From an uncultured delta proteobacterium (GTDB taxonomy: Bacteria; Desulfobacterota; RBG-13-43-22): a DNA stretch of 64,000 bases. The translations under genes were made by a program, and so were the position numbers. The stretch is from the NCBI GenBank assembly GCA_963802945.1, contig CAWDKY010000016.1:96001-160000 (forward strand). The letters are read 5' to 3'. The notes below the pieces were generated by a model. The model made no database searches. It saw nothing but the letters and a program-made list of their open reading frames with translations, and was not told the DNA's origin. Below are positions 42,029 to 52,566 of the stretch, in pieces. Numbering within the stretch: position 1 is the first letter of the stretch; every line of letters begins with the position of its first letter.

Positions 42029-43192
42029 CTATATAAGTTCCATAGATAGTAATGAAAGTAAAAAGATCACGGGAATAAGAACCATAGGAAACAGATTAAG
42101 TTTTGTTCTTTCTTTTGTAAAGATTAAAAGGTTAAAAACGAATAACCCTAATGTGGCCCGAGCATAAGACCAGGGTTCCACCCATATTAATTTATTAAAC
42201 AACGCTGTCATCAGACTATATCCCAGAAAAGACAGGGTGAGGGGGCTGTAATAGATAAGGACCTGGTAGAAGGCGGTAAAAATAAAATAAGAGACTAATA
42301 GTAAATACAAGAGTTCGTCAATTTTATCAAAAGAGAATCCGCCATGGCCCAGAGAAACAAATCTTTCTATTAATCCCAGAAACGGAAGACCGAAATTTTG
42401 GGTCCCTCCGAGAAAGGAAAAGATTTGAAAATGATGATAAAGGTAAAGTTGCCATAAGAAATAGGCCAGCGGTGGGAGAAGCATATAGATGGATCTGCGA
42501 AGATCTTTTCCCAAATAATATATTAGAAAAGCCATACTGACCAATAAAGTCGTTTCATGGGTGAGAGCAGCCAAGGAAAGGGAAAGGGTCTGCCAGAGGA
42601 TTTTCCTTTTAAAATAGGAAAAAACGGTAATGACAATAAAAGTTATAGCCAAAGGTTCCGGTAAGCTGCGCAACAAGCAAAGCAGGAACCCCCAGAAGGC
42701 GGAATAGAACAGACTGTACCAGGGACTGAGCCCAAAATACTTGAGTATTAAAATGATAAACCAAGTCCCTATTAAAATCCCAAGGAGATTCACCGCCACC
42801 ATCATGTAGGGAATCAAATTCGGTTGTCCAAGGGAAAGAAGCCAGACTGTCAGGGGGTAGATGATACGTTGATAGCGATAAGCCGGGAAATCGATATGGT
42901 CGTAGGATTGGCCCAGGACGAAGGGGTCATGGGCGATATAAAAGTAGAATTGTCCGTCATAACCGACAATGCCTTTATGAATGAGGGTTTTGGGTGTCCA
43001 GATATGCGGCGCCTTAAAATAGTCGCCGATGACCATAAAGCCGGTGATATTTTTATCAAGCTTTAAGGAAAAAAGAAAAAGGACCGACAAGAATGTGGTT
43101 AAGATTAAAAAAAGGGCAATAAATTCCTTTTTCCTAAGGCTTCTTTCTATGATATTTTTAAAAAGTTTTAATAACGGTTTAATGAGGTTCAA
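42029..43192 (-). CDS. GT-C-like membrane protein (AZOBR_p60025-like cell-surface glycopolymer protein)
   Basis: GYDGQFYFYIAHDPF...DFPAYRYQRIIYP, LPEP, about 10 TMs. Confidence 0.7.
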   Translation of the reverse strand: MNLIKPLLKLFKNIIERSLRKKEFIALFLILTTFLSVLFLFSLKLDKNITGFMVIGDYFKAPHIWTPKTLIHKGIVGYDGQFYFYIAHDPFVLGQSYDHIDFPAYRYQRIIYPLTVWLLSLGQPNLIPYMMVAVNLLGILIGTWFIILILKYFGLSPWYSLFYSAFWGFLLCLLRSLPEPLAITFIVITVFSYFKRKILWQTLSLSLAALTHETTLLVSMAFLIYYLGKDLRRSIYMLLPPLAYFLWQLYLYHHFQIFSFLGGTQNFGLPFLGLIERFVSLGHGGFSFDKIDELLYLLLVSYFIFTAFYQVLIYYSPLTLSFLGYSLMTALFNKLIWVEPWSYARATLGLFVFNLLIFTKERTKLNLFPMVLIPVIFLLSLLSMELI

Positions 43193-43449
43193 CGTCCTGA
43201 CTTTCTTTTAAGCTTTAAACCCACTTCCCCTCCCATTCAATCTCTTTAACCCCCTTCATAGGTTGCCACAAATTGGTTGACTGGGAAGGGGCTCAAACTT
43301 AATTTCTTCCACTCTAAAATCATAACCTACACCAAGGAGGTAAAAAACGGTCAAGACTATACCGCGGAAGGAGAAAATCAGGTCTATAGGAAAGAATTTC
43401 AGCATTAATCCAACTGTTCTAAATGATGTCGAAACAACCGGGAGAAAAA

Positions 43450-44151
43450 TTACTTTCTGCCGGTGATAACCAAATCCAGATACATCTGGATACTCATCCT
43501 CAAGACTTTCGCGTTGAAAGAGCTTTGTGAGAATTCGTAGGAGATTGGAACTTCTCCGATCGACAGGCCGTTCCTGGCGATCAGGGCCAGGGATTCGGTA
43601 TGAAAGTCAAATGCCCTGGCCTTCATCTTTCGCGTTAGGAGAAGTTCCACGGCTTGGCGCGAAAACCTCCTGTAACCCGATGTGGCATCGCGTAACCGCG
43701 ATCCCGAGAGTCGGCTTCCCGTGGGGCGTATTGCCAGATTCATCAAGAGGGTAGCCGAATGGCTGATGAGACGTCTGTACAAAGGGACGTTTTCCGTTTC
43801 CGTCCTGACTCCGATGACCAGATCGCACTCAGGAAATTCCAGAAAACGGGGAAGCTCTTCGGGTTTATGGGTAAGGCCGGCGTCCATGGTTACCACATAG
43901 GCGGCTCCGCGGTTAAGGGCGTATTTCATGCCGTCCAGCGTCGCCTGGGGGATGTGGGTGTTTTTTTCGTGAGTGATGCAGGCGACCTGATCGAAGGATC
44001 GGACGATGGATTCGGTGTTGTCGACGCTGGCGTCATTGACAACGCAGATGTCGGCAAATGGCAGGGTTCTTCGGATCACTTCGCCGATGGTCTTTTCTTC
44101 GTTATAGGCCGGAATGACGACCAGAAAATCTTCACGTTTGAGCATAGGCAT
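43450..44151 (-). CDS. GT2, polyprenyl-phosphate sugar synthase (DPM1-like)
   Basis: VIPAYNEE, VVNDAS, TMDAGLTH, DATSGYRRF, EVPISY. Confidence 0.85.
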   Translation of the reverse strand: MPMLKREDFLVVIPAYNEEKTIGEVIRRTLPFADICVVNDASVDNTESIVRSFDQVACITHEKNTHIPQATLDGMKYALNRGAAYVVTMDAGLTHKPEELPRFLEFPECDLVIGVRTETENVPLYRRLISHSATLLMNLAIRPTGSRLSGSRLRDATSGYRRFSRQAVELLLTRKMKARAFDFHTESLALIARNGLSIGEVPISYEFSQSSFNAKVLRMSIQMYLDLVITGRK

Positions 44152-44452
44152 GTTAGGTTTTATATCTTAGCCTTTTCGCAATGTCAAGCCGGGCCGCCCA
44201 TAAGAACCCAGGACGGCCCTTTGGATGATTAAGACAAAATAAGAGAGAAGGGATAAGGCTGCCTGGGGTTCAAGATCCTGTATGGATCGATTTTGATAAT
44301 CATTGAATCCCACTCGTTTATTATTTTGATCTTCTTTCAAGAGGGTTGCCTTAAAAATCATTAAAGGTTATGATCTATTAAGACCCAAGGGCGAGGGGAC
44401 TTGAAGGGTCCCCTCAGGGGTCTGTTTAAATAAAAATAGTTCTCAAAAATTA

Positions 44453-45490
44453 TTGCTTATGAAGAGATTTATTTTGCTGGGTCTTTCCTTTCTCATCACC
44501 GGGGGACTGGTTTATTATCTTTTGACCCGAAGTAATTGGACGGATTGGCAACGTATCTTGTTCCACCTCAAGCCAGGTTATCTGGTCTGGTATCTTTTTC
44601 TGTATGCCATCGGCCTTTGGTTAAGGACTTTTCGTTATCATTTTTTATTAAAATCAGTTAAGACCCCGGTTTTGCCTTCTTTCTGGCACTTGACTTTGGT
44701 TACCAGTGTTCGCAATATGCTGGTTGACTTTTTCCCGGCCAGGGCAGGCAGCCTATCCTATATCGTTCTCTTGAACAGGGCCTTTAAGGTCGATCTTTCC
44801 CCTTGCCTGAGTTCTTTTACCTATGCCTTTCTTTTCGATCAATTGGCCATGGCCCCGTTATTAGCTAGTGCCATCTTGATCGACAGCCTGAATTCCGGTA
44901 AAAATTTATTTTGGTTATGGGGCATAACCATAGCGATTCTGGTAATAAGCTTAACATTGATTTTGACTTTGGGACCCCTGGTAACCATATTTTCCAAATG
45001 GTCCGACAGGAATAATCATCGATGGCAGAAATATCCCCGGCTAAGGAAATTAGACCATCAGCTCCAAAACTTAACCCAGTCTTTTCCAATTTTGAGACAG
45101 GCCAAAATTTTTTGGCCTATCCTGGGCCTTTCTGTTATGGTTCGAGGTGTAAAGTACAGCTACCTCTATATCCTTTTGTCTGCAGTCCTTCAGGCCTTAT
45201 ATGGACATTGGATCCAGCTTCCTTTTTGGCTGGTTCTCTTGGGGCTGGTTGCCTCTGAAGCCTCTGCCGGATTACCTATAAGCGGGATAGCCGGATTTGG
45301 TTTTTATGAGGGCATTTTGGGTGCCGTCTTGTCTACCCAGGGTATCCATCCTTCCCAGGCCGTGCTGGTTTCTTTCGCTATGCATTTTTTAACTCAGGTC
45401 GTGGATTATTCCTGGGGAGGAGGGGCTTTGATTTATATTTTGATTCGTTGGGCCGGTCGGAAGGAAACGGGCCGGGTGCTGTCCTATTAG
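44453..45490 (+). CDS. lysylphosphatidylglycerol-synthase TM domain / flippase-like membrane protein
   Basis: LRTFRY, PARAG, LPISGIAGFGFYEG; multi-TM. Confidence 0.78.
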   Translation: MLMKRFILLGLSFLITGGLVYYLLTRSNWTDWQRILFHLKPGYLVWYLFLYAIGLWLRTFRYHFLLKSVKTPVLPSFWHLTLVTSVRNMLVDFFPARAGSLSYIVLLNRAFKVDLSPCLSSFTYAFLFDQLAMAPLLASAILIDSLNSGKNLFWLWGITIAILVISLTLILTLGPLVTIFSKWSDRNNHRWQKYPRLRKLDHQLQNLTQSFPILRQAKIFWPILGLSVMVRGVKYSYLYILLSAVLQALYGHWIQLPFWLVLLGLVASEASAGLPISGIAGFGFYEGILGAVLSTQGIHPSQAVLVSFAMHFLTQVVDYSWGGGALIYILIRWAGRKETGRVLSY

Positions 45491-46602
45491 TTTTGTAGAA
45501 AAATATCCGGCCAGCGGTCGTTGGCAGGGTTGTAGGTAAGGCGAACGGCTTGGGAAAAGGGGGTTCCGACTTTCCATAAAAAAATTTCATAGTCGGCAAT
45601 GTCATGCTCATGGCCTCCGGCCGAGGCTCCCCAGACCAGCCACTTACCATCACGGGAAAGCCGGGGAAAATACTGATGGTTATATCGGCCGGGTAGATCC
45701 ATAAAGAGGGTTGGTTGGACCTGGGTTATTGAAGATTTAAGGACCTGGGTCCCGCCAATTCCACCAGTTTCTATCCAAATCACTTCTTGACCTGAAGGGA
45801 ACCAGGTGATTTCACACCCCTGGCCGAATTTAATAAAACGATTATTGACTCTATCCAGGACAAAGACCCCGGACATTTTCCCGTTTGAGGAAAAAGCCAA
45901 AAGATTTTGATCCTGGGGAGAAAATTCGGACGTGCCGATTTGTGCCGAAACGGGATCTTGGGTGCCGTCTAAGATAATTTCTTCTTTGCCGGTCTCCAAA
46001 TCCTTGACCATAATTTTATTTTTTCGAACAAAACTGATTCGATCCTTGCTGATCCATTGCGGCCAGTTAGCATCCCGTACCAATAAGATTTCCTCGTTCC
46101 TGATAAAAGAAAAAAGATAGACGTCCCATGGATCAAGTTCCCTTTCCGAGACCCAGGGCCGTTGACTGCGGCAAAAGAGAATTTTTTCCCCGTCAGGAGA
46201 AAAACGGGGAAAGAAATTCACCTGCTTACTATGCGTCATTTGATACATTTTGAGATCCGGTAGGGTCATTAGAAAAATTTCATGATTGCCTGTCCGGCTG
46301 GATGACCAGACGATTTTGGCCTTAAGTCCTTGAATGCCTTTTTGGATAGTTTTTATTTGCTCCTCAGTAAAATTAGTGTCAAATTTCTTAAGCCAAAGAT
46401 AACCCCCAAAACGATATACATAACGAGGGCTAAACTGAACGGTCAAACCGGCTAAAATAGAGAGACCGAATAGGATTAAAAAGTATTTTTTGGTTTTTCT
46501 GAAAAATAACTGATTCCGTGCCATCTGACCGCTTTCCCAATACCTATCAAACCATATAATGCCGCTTCTTATATTTTTTGATATAGCTGTCGAGGTAGTC
46601 AT
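45487..46602 (-). CDS. TolB-like (PD40) beta-propeller protein with N-terminal membrane anchor
   Basis: SSRTGNHEIF, FPRFSPDG, FPRLSRDG, DRWPD. Confidence 0.75.
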   Translation of the reverse strand: MTTSTAISKNIRSGIIWFDRYWESGQMARNQLFFRKTKKYFLILFGLSILAGLTVQFSPRYVYRFGGYLWLKKFDTNFTEEQIKTIQKGIQGLKAKIVWSSSRTGNHEIFLMTLPDLKMYQMTHSKQVNFFPRFSPDGEKILFCRSQRPWVSERELDPWDVYLFSFIRNEEILLVRDANWPQWISKDRISFVRKNKIMVKDLETGKEEIILDGTQDPVSAQIGTSEFSPQDQNLLAFSSNGKMSGVFVLDRVNNRFIKFGQGCEITWFPSGQEVIWIETGGIGGTQVLKSSITQVQPTLFMDLPGRYNHQYFPRLSRDGKWLVWGASAGGHEHDIADYEIFLWKVGTPFSQAVRLTYNPANDRWPDIFLQN

Positions 46603-47719
46603 AAGCCCGCTTCTCTATCCGGGACAATAAAGGTCGAACCAGATGCCCCATTTTATTTTGCCGTTGAGTTTTCCAAGTCCAACGTTGGATATGTTTCTTC
46701 CTGTCCAAAATCATATAAACTTCAGCGTGATTAATCGTCAATTTAAGTTCATTTCGATCTAAAAAAGATCTCCCTTGGTCGTTTTCGAACCGTCTTACGA
46801 ATTCCTGTTGATCGACTAAGAGCTTCCATTTTTTAAACAAAGTCAATTCATTTTTTAGAAGTCGAGCTACCCGTTGGCGGCCCTTTTGTGAATTCGGATA
46901 AAAGATATAAAAACTCTTTCTGGCATAGAAGAGGTGCTCGTCGAAGTACTGATGAATATTTTTTTCCAACTCTGCAGCCCTGATCAGTCCATGGTGTTCA
47001 AATTGTTTTTGCCACCATTCCGTAGGGGCCCAAATCAGATGACCGTTGGCAGGTATGGCCGGATCTGTGGATTCCGCATTCAGATAATCAAATGGTAATT
47101 TTTGGTTAAATTTTTCCCGATTCTCTTCCAATTCCAAAGGAAAGACCTCCCCAAAAACCTCGTCTTCTCCAACGGCAGGGATATTAAAAAAAAACAGGGC
47201 ATCTTTTTGGGACAGGGCGACTACGGAATCAATATAGTCATGGAGTTTCTTGGGATGGATATGTTCCCACAGATCAAAAGCGCAAAAGGTATCGAAGGTT
47301 ATCTCTTGTTTGTTATATTGGTTACTGACATCGAGAACGTCGCCGTAATCCACCTTACCCCTAAGGGTAGGCCATACCTTTTTAAAGATGTCAGGACTGA
47401 ACTCGATCCCCCGCACCCTCATCTTGTGGTCAAGGTCTAACAGGAACAGGACATCGCCCCGGCCGCAGCCTAATTCTACTAGAGATTTGGGTTTAAGGAA
47501 TTTGAGAATCGAAGAAAGATAAAAGGAATCAAACTTAACCTGTCCTTCCTTATAGTCGATATGGTCGTCAAAATAGGAGGTATTATAATAGCCAGAGCTG
47601 ATAATGTTAGTCCATAAGGTATCAAAATCCTTTTCATCTTCAATTTGAATCAGGTCAACCGGACGGCCGTCGTTGAAGAGCTTGCCGTCGGTTAATAGGT
47701 TGGATTTCAAAATGCGCAT
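46547..47719 (-). CDS. class I SAM-dependent methyltransferase
   Basis: LVELGCGRG motif I, GIEFS, DLWEHI. Confidence 0.75.
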   Translation of the reverse strand: MRILKSNLLTDGKLFNDGRPVDLIQIEDEKDFDTLWTNIISSGYYNTSYFDDHIDYKEGQVKFDSFYLSSILKFLKPKSLVELGCGRGDVLFLLDLDHKMRVRGIEFSPDIFKKVWPTLRGKVDYGDVLDVSNQYNKQEITFDTFCAFDLWEHIHPKKLHDYIDSVVALSQKDALFFFNIPAVGEDEVFGEVFPLELEENREKFNQKLPFDYLNAESTDPAIPANGHLIWAPTEWWQKQFEHHGLIRAAELEKNIHQYFDEHLFYARKSFYIFYPNSQKGRQRVARLLKNELTLFKKWKLLVDQQEFVRRFENDQGRSFLDRNELKLTINHAEVYMILDRKKHIQRWTWKTQRQNKMGHLVRPLLSRIEKRAYDYLDSYIKKYKKRHYMV

Positions 47720-47750
47720 TTAAATCTTAATGATAACCTCTAATAATGGA

Positions 47751-48343
47751 GATTAAACCACCAGCTCTGCTGGTACGAACCTAATAGGGTCTGCCGGTCA
47801 ACCATGATAAAATTTCCTTCCCGAGGGCCCCGAAGGGGCAGGTCGGGAAGAAGATTACCGTGAAAAACCTATAAAGTTTAGCACATGTAACATAGGAGTG
47901 CAAATATCACATTGTTTAGGTTTCCAAATACCATTGTAAAGTGTTATACGGGAAAGTTAGGATGCGATTAGGCGAGATAGTTAGGGAATTATGCCGACGG
48001 AAAGGGATTGAGGCGATCGAAGAACATACTTTGATCGATCATCTCCATGAATGTTTAAGCTTTTCGCCCAAATACAGTATCTCCGATGTTACAGGATTTT
48101 TGAAAGGGGAAAGTGCTATTCGGTTGCAGCGGGAGTTTGTAGGGCGGGGGACGACAGGAAAACACTTTTGGGTACGTGGGTATTATGTGAGTACTGTTGG
48201 CTATGATGAAAAGCAGGTACGAGAGTATATTCGCAATCAGAAAAAACTTGACAAGGGGCAGATAGAATTAGAATGAGAGTAAACCGAGCCCCCTTATAGA
48301 GACCCCCAGAAAGCCATCGGATCTGCCGGGGGTCATGACTTAA
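47751..48343 (+). mobile_element. degenerate IS200-like element (TnpA pseudogene)
   Basis: GTG 47860 then stops (ECKYHIV*), DHLH HUH motif, GFLKGESA, FWVRGYYVSTVG, YIRNQ; subterminal hairpins at both ends. Confidence 0.85.
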
Positions 48344-48410
48344 ACAAAAAAATTAGCCCCGTTACACGAAACGGCAAATTCAACCAGATAGAGGTATAAA
48401 AAGAATTATA

Positions 48411-51107
48411 TTATCTCGACAGTCTATGATTATTCATCTGCGGGTGCTTGAGCCATTTCCAAAGATTAATCATTCCGGATCGATCGAGCAGTATGCTCTT
48501 GTAAACCGGCCAGGTATGGGGTCTTATTTCACCCGGAAGGACTCCCTGAAAATATTGGATGAATAAATAGAAGGTAAAAGCGACAAAAAAAGTGCTTACA
48601 ATAATAACGGACCTTTTGACTATAGTCCTTTGGAAGCCCCCAAAGAAACAGGCTAAGGGAAGGGCGAACATACCCAAAGCATCTACAAAAGCCCTATGGC
48701 CGAACGACCAGGCAAAGTACCAGAGATACCAACTGGAGATGACATATAAATGGAGCAAGAGGCAAACAATTATGGGCAAGCGATAGGGCTCTAACGGGCC
48801 TTTCATTTTCCAGAAACCAAAAACCGAAAAGAGAAGTATGGGTGTCCAGAGGAAAAGCCCGTGATGCAAGTGGAAAAGGACCTTCAATATCTGAGGGGAA
48901 AAAAAATAGAACCTCTCAAAAGGAAAAGTATAGGTACTAACAAAGAATCGGCCGGTGGCTATTTTCCAAATTACAAATTGAGGAGAGAAGACCCCAAACG
49001 CGACTGTCAGCCAAAGAAAAAGTTTGTATTTTACCTGCCACAAAAAAAAGGCCCTCTTCTTTAGGCTGCCCCAATTGGTTATCCCATAAAGAGGCAGGAA
49101 CGCCAGAAATACAACATTAGTATTTCTCACCAAAAGAATCAGGCCGGACACTATACCCAAAAAAAGGGTGTTCCTTAGAGAGGGGGCTGCATACCAGCGG
49201 GGCACTAGATAAAGGAGTAAGCAGATCAAGAAAAAGGAATAGATGTGGCTGAGAGAAAGTTCAATCGCAGCATAGGCGAGTAAGTTGGTCCCCAAAAACA
49301 GACACAGAAGCGTAGCCATAACCACTTTGGAGGGAAAATATCCGATCAAGATCTTAAAAAGGAGAAGCAAGCCAGCGATCGTATAGAAGATAGGGGCTAT
49401 ATCTACGGCAAACTGGTAGACAATGGAAAAGCCATCGGGTGCTGATCCCACAAGGGGTGCAACCAGATGTCCCAAAAGGAAAAAAGGAAATATCAGGACG
49501 GCTGTACCCATAGGGTATTTGATTAAGTACCGGCCGGTAGCCGGATAACGTATAAAACCTTCCCCACTGTGCAAATCCAAGCCAGTGGAAGTGGAGGGGT
49601 AGTCATATAAGCGTGTTGGAGAATACAAGCTCTCCATGGACAGATCATGGTAAATGAGATAAGAGGGCAGATAGGAGTAATAACCGAGGCCGTCACTCCA
49701 GATGGGGGGAATGGGATTCTCTGTTTGGTAAATTAGGCTAAGGCTTTCGGAAAAAAGGACCAGGGCCAGAAAAAAATATTTCCATAATCGATTAGGGAAA
49801 AGTTTTCCTTGCCGTCGGCGAAAATAAAACAGACCTACCCAGAGCAGAATAAGCCCCAGAAACCATAGAAAACAAAGGTATTCCCCCCAGGAAACCACAT
49901 CCAACCAGGTTTTGATGTTCCCGAGTTCCAAATAGGACAACTCATCTGTACTCAAGGAGCTATAGTCGGCCTGTCCTGTCCCAGCCACTTCTATCCTAAG
50001 CCTTCCCTGTCCTAACTTATTGTTGAGGTCCAATTCCAAGAAATGAGGCCCGGGGGACAACCAATGTTTGGTTTCTTCAACCTTAAGGTGGCCGGTACCC
50101 TTCAAGATAATGATAGGACGGTTATCTATTAAAATTTTTCCGCTATCATCGCAGGATAATTTTAAATGGTAGAGCCCCTTTTGAGGGACTTGCCAGACTG
50201 CGTAGGCTTTAAGAAAGGTGCCCTGTTTGTCCAAGAATAGAGAGGTGTTGATGACCCTGTTTGGAGAATAAGACTCTACCCGCAGTTGGTGCTTGTGTGG
50301 TTGGACGTGAGGAAGGAGTATTAAATGCGAGACAAGCGGCCAGACAGCGAAGTGAAAGAGGAAAAAAAATAAACCCGCCCATAAAAGAAAATAACTGGGA
50401 ATGGGTTTTTCTGGAGACGTCGTTTTCGCAGCATCCTGCTTGGGGGAAAGCATTTTTGCCTGTCGTTGAAAATAAAACCGGACCCAGAGCAGAACAAGCC
50501 CGAGAAATCCTAAAAGGCAAAGGGATTTCCCCCAGAAAACTACACCCAACCAGGTTTCGATGTTTCCAAGTTCCAGATAGGATATTTGTTCCCTTTTTAA
50601 GTTTTCATAACGGTCCTGACCAGGTCCGGCCACTTCTATTTTAAGCCAGCCTTGCCCGAGAGTATTGTTGAGGCGTAATTCCAAGAAATGAGGTCCAGGG
50701 GCCAGCCATCGTTTGTTCACTCCGACATTCTGGGGGCTAGTACCCCTCAAAGCAATGATAGGGTGGTTATCAATTAAAACTTTTCCATTATCATCGCAGT
50801 ATAATTTAAAATGGTAGAATCCTTCCTTGGGGACTTGCCAAACTGCGTAGGCCGTAAGAGAAGTGTCTGGTCTGTCTAAAAACAGAAAAGTATTATCAAG
50901 TCTATGGGGGGCATAAGGCTCTACCCGAAGCTGGTGCTCGTCCGGTCGGGCGTGGGGAAGGAGGATCAGGTGCCAGACCATGGGCCAGATAGCGAGATAG
51001 AAGAGGAACAACATCAGGCCCCCTCCCAAAAGAAAATAGCTGGGAAAGGGCTTTTTTTTGGCCATCCTCTCCGGGACAACCGGTGATTGGGATACGGTTA
51101 TATCCAT
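48411..51107 (-). CDS. membrane protein with two PA14-like modules fused to a GT-C glycosyltransferase domain
   Basis: Two repeats of VP.EG.YH.KL.CDD.G...IDN...GPHFLEL, then WSDGLGYYSYLPS, KYPMG, LVRNTN, FGHRAF; many TMs. Confidence 0.75.
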   Translation of the reverse strand: MDITVSQSPVVPERMAKKKPFPSYFLLGGGLMLFLFYLAIWPMVWHLILLPHARPDEHQLRVEPYAPHRLDNTFLFLDRPDTSLTAYAVWQVPKEGFYHFKLYCDDNGKVLIDNHPIIALRGTSPQNVGVNKRWLAPGPHFLELRLNNTLGQGWLKIEVAGPGQDRYENLKREQISYLELGNIETWLGVVFWGKSLCLLGFLGLVLLWVRFYFQRQAKMLSPKQDAAKTTSPEKPIPSYFLLWAGLFFFLFHFAVWPLVSHLILLPHVQPHKHQLRVESYSPNRVINTSLFLDKQGTFLKAYAVWQVPQKGLYHLKLSCDDSGKILIDNRPIIILKGTGHLKVEETKHWLSPGPHFLELDLNNKLGQGRLRIEVAGTGQADYSSLSTDELSYLELGNIKTWLDVVSWGEYLCFLWFLGLILLWVGLFYFRRRQGKLFPNRLWKYFFLALVLFSESLSLIYQTENPIPPIWSDGLGYYSYLPSYLIYHDLSMESLYSPTRLYDYPSTSTGLDLHSGEGFIRYPATGRYLIKYPMGTAVLIFPFFLLGHLVAPLVGSAPDGFSIVYQFAVDIAPIFYTIAGLLLLFKILIGYFPSKVVMATLLCLFLGTNLLAYAAIELSLSHIYSFFLICLLLYLVPRWYAAPSLRNTLFLGIVSGLILLVRNTNVVFLAFLPLYGITNWGSLKKRAFFLWQVKYKLFLWLTVAFGVFSPQFVIWKIATGRFFVSTYTFPFERFYFFSPQILKVLFHLHHGLFLWTPILLFSVFGFWKMKGPLEPYRLPIIVCLLLHLYVISSWYLWYFAWSFGHRAFVDALGMFALPLACFFGGFQRTIVKRSVIIVSTFFVAFTFYLFIQYFQGVLPGEIRPHTWPVYKSILLDRSGMINLWKWLKHPQMNNHRLSR

Positions 51108-51126
51108 TATTTTTTAAACAACAAAC

Positions 51127-52566
51127 TCAGACCAGTCCTAAACGATGACGTATGATAGTCCAGACCATGCGTAGAAATATCCCTACGCTCTGGTGACGCT
51201 CAGCCAATACTTCATTGGTACGCAAAAAACTCACCGGCACCTCAATGAGACGTTGTCGACTGCGCAGGGTTTCGATGGTCATCTCCAGGACATATTCAGG
51301 ACCAGTGCTTCGCAAACGATCTTTGATCTCTAAATAACAATGGCGCCAGAGAATACGGTAGGTACAGCCTACATCGGTCAAGCGGACCCGGTGGGTGATC
51401 CAGCACAGTTCCACAAGCTTGGCCAGAAAGATATGGGCCAGGCGTACCGGACCTCGCATACGGCTTCCTTGATGGATAAGTTGCCGAGTGGTGCGGGTCC
51501 CCAGCACCAGATCGGCATCGGAAGTATAGGCCAAAAGCTTGGTAAGGTCTGTGGGATAGAAGGAATAATAGCCCTCGGTTATGGTAATCAACTCCCCCTT
51601 GGCCTGTTCCAGTCCAAAAGCGATCATGCTTCCGTATTCCTCTTTTCCCAAAGGGCAGGGTAACCATCTAACCTTCGAAAGGGCCTGTATCCAGGCCGGT
51701 TCCGCCAAACCGTGAGGAACCACTACCAGCACCTCATTGACTCGTCCCTGATTATTAAACTCAGTGACTAAACGGGAAAGTCCCTCCTCATTACCAAAAG
51801 CCTGAACTACCACACTGAGGCTGGTCTGGGGCAGGCGCTTACTTTTACTTAGGAAATTGGCCCAATTCAGGCTGTCGACGTCGTTGATATTGACATACTG
51901 ACCTTCCAGGAAGAAGGGCCGAAAAAATTGGCCTTCTTGAGCAGCTTGGTCCAGCACCTCGATGAAGCCAGGAGAAGAGTCCTTTTGTGCAAAAGCGGAC
52001 TCCAGAAGATCAAAAACCATGGGCGACAGGAGCAGGGTTCCAGTTCCAAGGAGTTCGCCCTCTATCTTTCGGGGTTTTTCAATGAGGCGGGCGATATGTC
52101 CATTTTTAAAATGTACCGTGTAATTGCGGCGAATGCTGTCATTGTCCTGGGTCTTATACAATCCACAGATCCCCAGTGCCCCATCCAGAGGTTGAGTCAG
52201 CAATTGGGCGTGATTGGTGTCTTGATAAAATTCATCGGAGAGCATCAGAATGAATGGGTCTTGTATATGTTCCCTGGCCAGGAAAACGGAGTAGGCCAGA
52301 CCACGATGCACGGCCTCGTTCTGAAGATATTCGATGTGGACTCCGAACTGTTCACCATTATTGAAGTGTTGCCGTATCACTTGGCCAAGTTCATTGACGA
52401 CTATAAAAATATTTTGAACCCCCAATTGGTCCCGAAGCAAGGTCAACGTGTACTCCAGGAGAGGTATTCCCGACACCTTAAGCATCCCCTTGGGAATGTT
52501 CCGAGTGTAAGGGTAGGCCCGTGTTCCCTTACCGGCAGCCGGTATGAGTGCTTTAATTTCCGCCAT
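51127..52566 (-). CDS. sugar-phosphate nucleotidyltransferase fused to a DPM1-like GT2 domain
   Basis: IPAAGKGTR...IPKGML, LIEKP, YVNIND; C-terminal DLVLGTR, LTDVGCTYR, EVPVSF. Confidence 0.8.
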   Translation of the reverse strand: MAEIKALIPAAGKGTRAYPYTRNIPKGMLKVSGIPLLEYTLTLLRDQLGVQNIFIVVNELGQVIRQHFNNGEQFGVHIEYLQNEAVHRGLAYSVFLAREHIQDPFILMLSDEFYQDTNHAQLLTQPLDGALGICGLYKTQDNDSIRRNYTVHFKNGHIARLIEKPRKIEGELLGTGTLLLSPMVFDLLESAFAQKDSSPGFIEVLDQAAQEGQFFRPFFLEGQYVNINDVDSLNWANFLSKSKRLPQTSLSVVVQAFGNEEGLSRLVTEFNNQGRVNEVLVVVPHGLAEPAWIQALSKVRWLPCPLGKEEYGSMIAFGLEQAKGELITITEGYYSFYPTDLTKLLAYTSDADLVLGTRTTRQLIHQGSRMRGPVRLAHIFLAKLVELCWITHRVRLTDVGCTYRILWRHCYLEIKDRLRSTGPEYVLEMTIETLRSRQRLIEVPVSFLRTNEVLAERHQSVGIFLRMVWTIIRHRLGLV

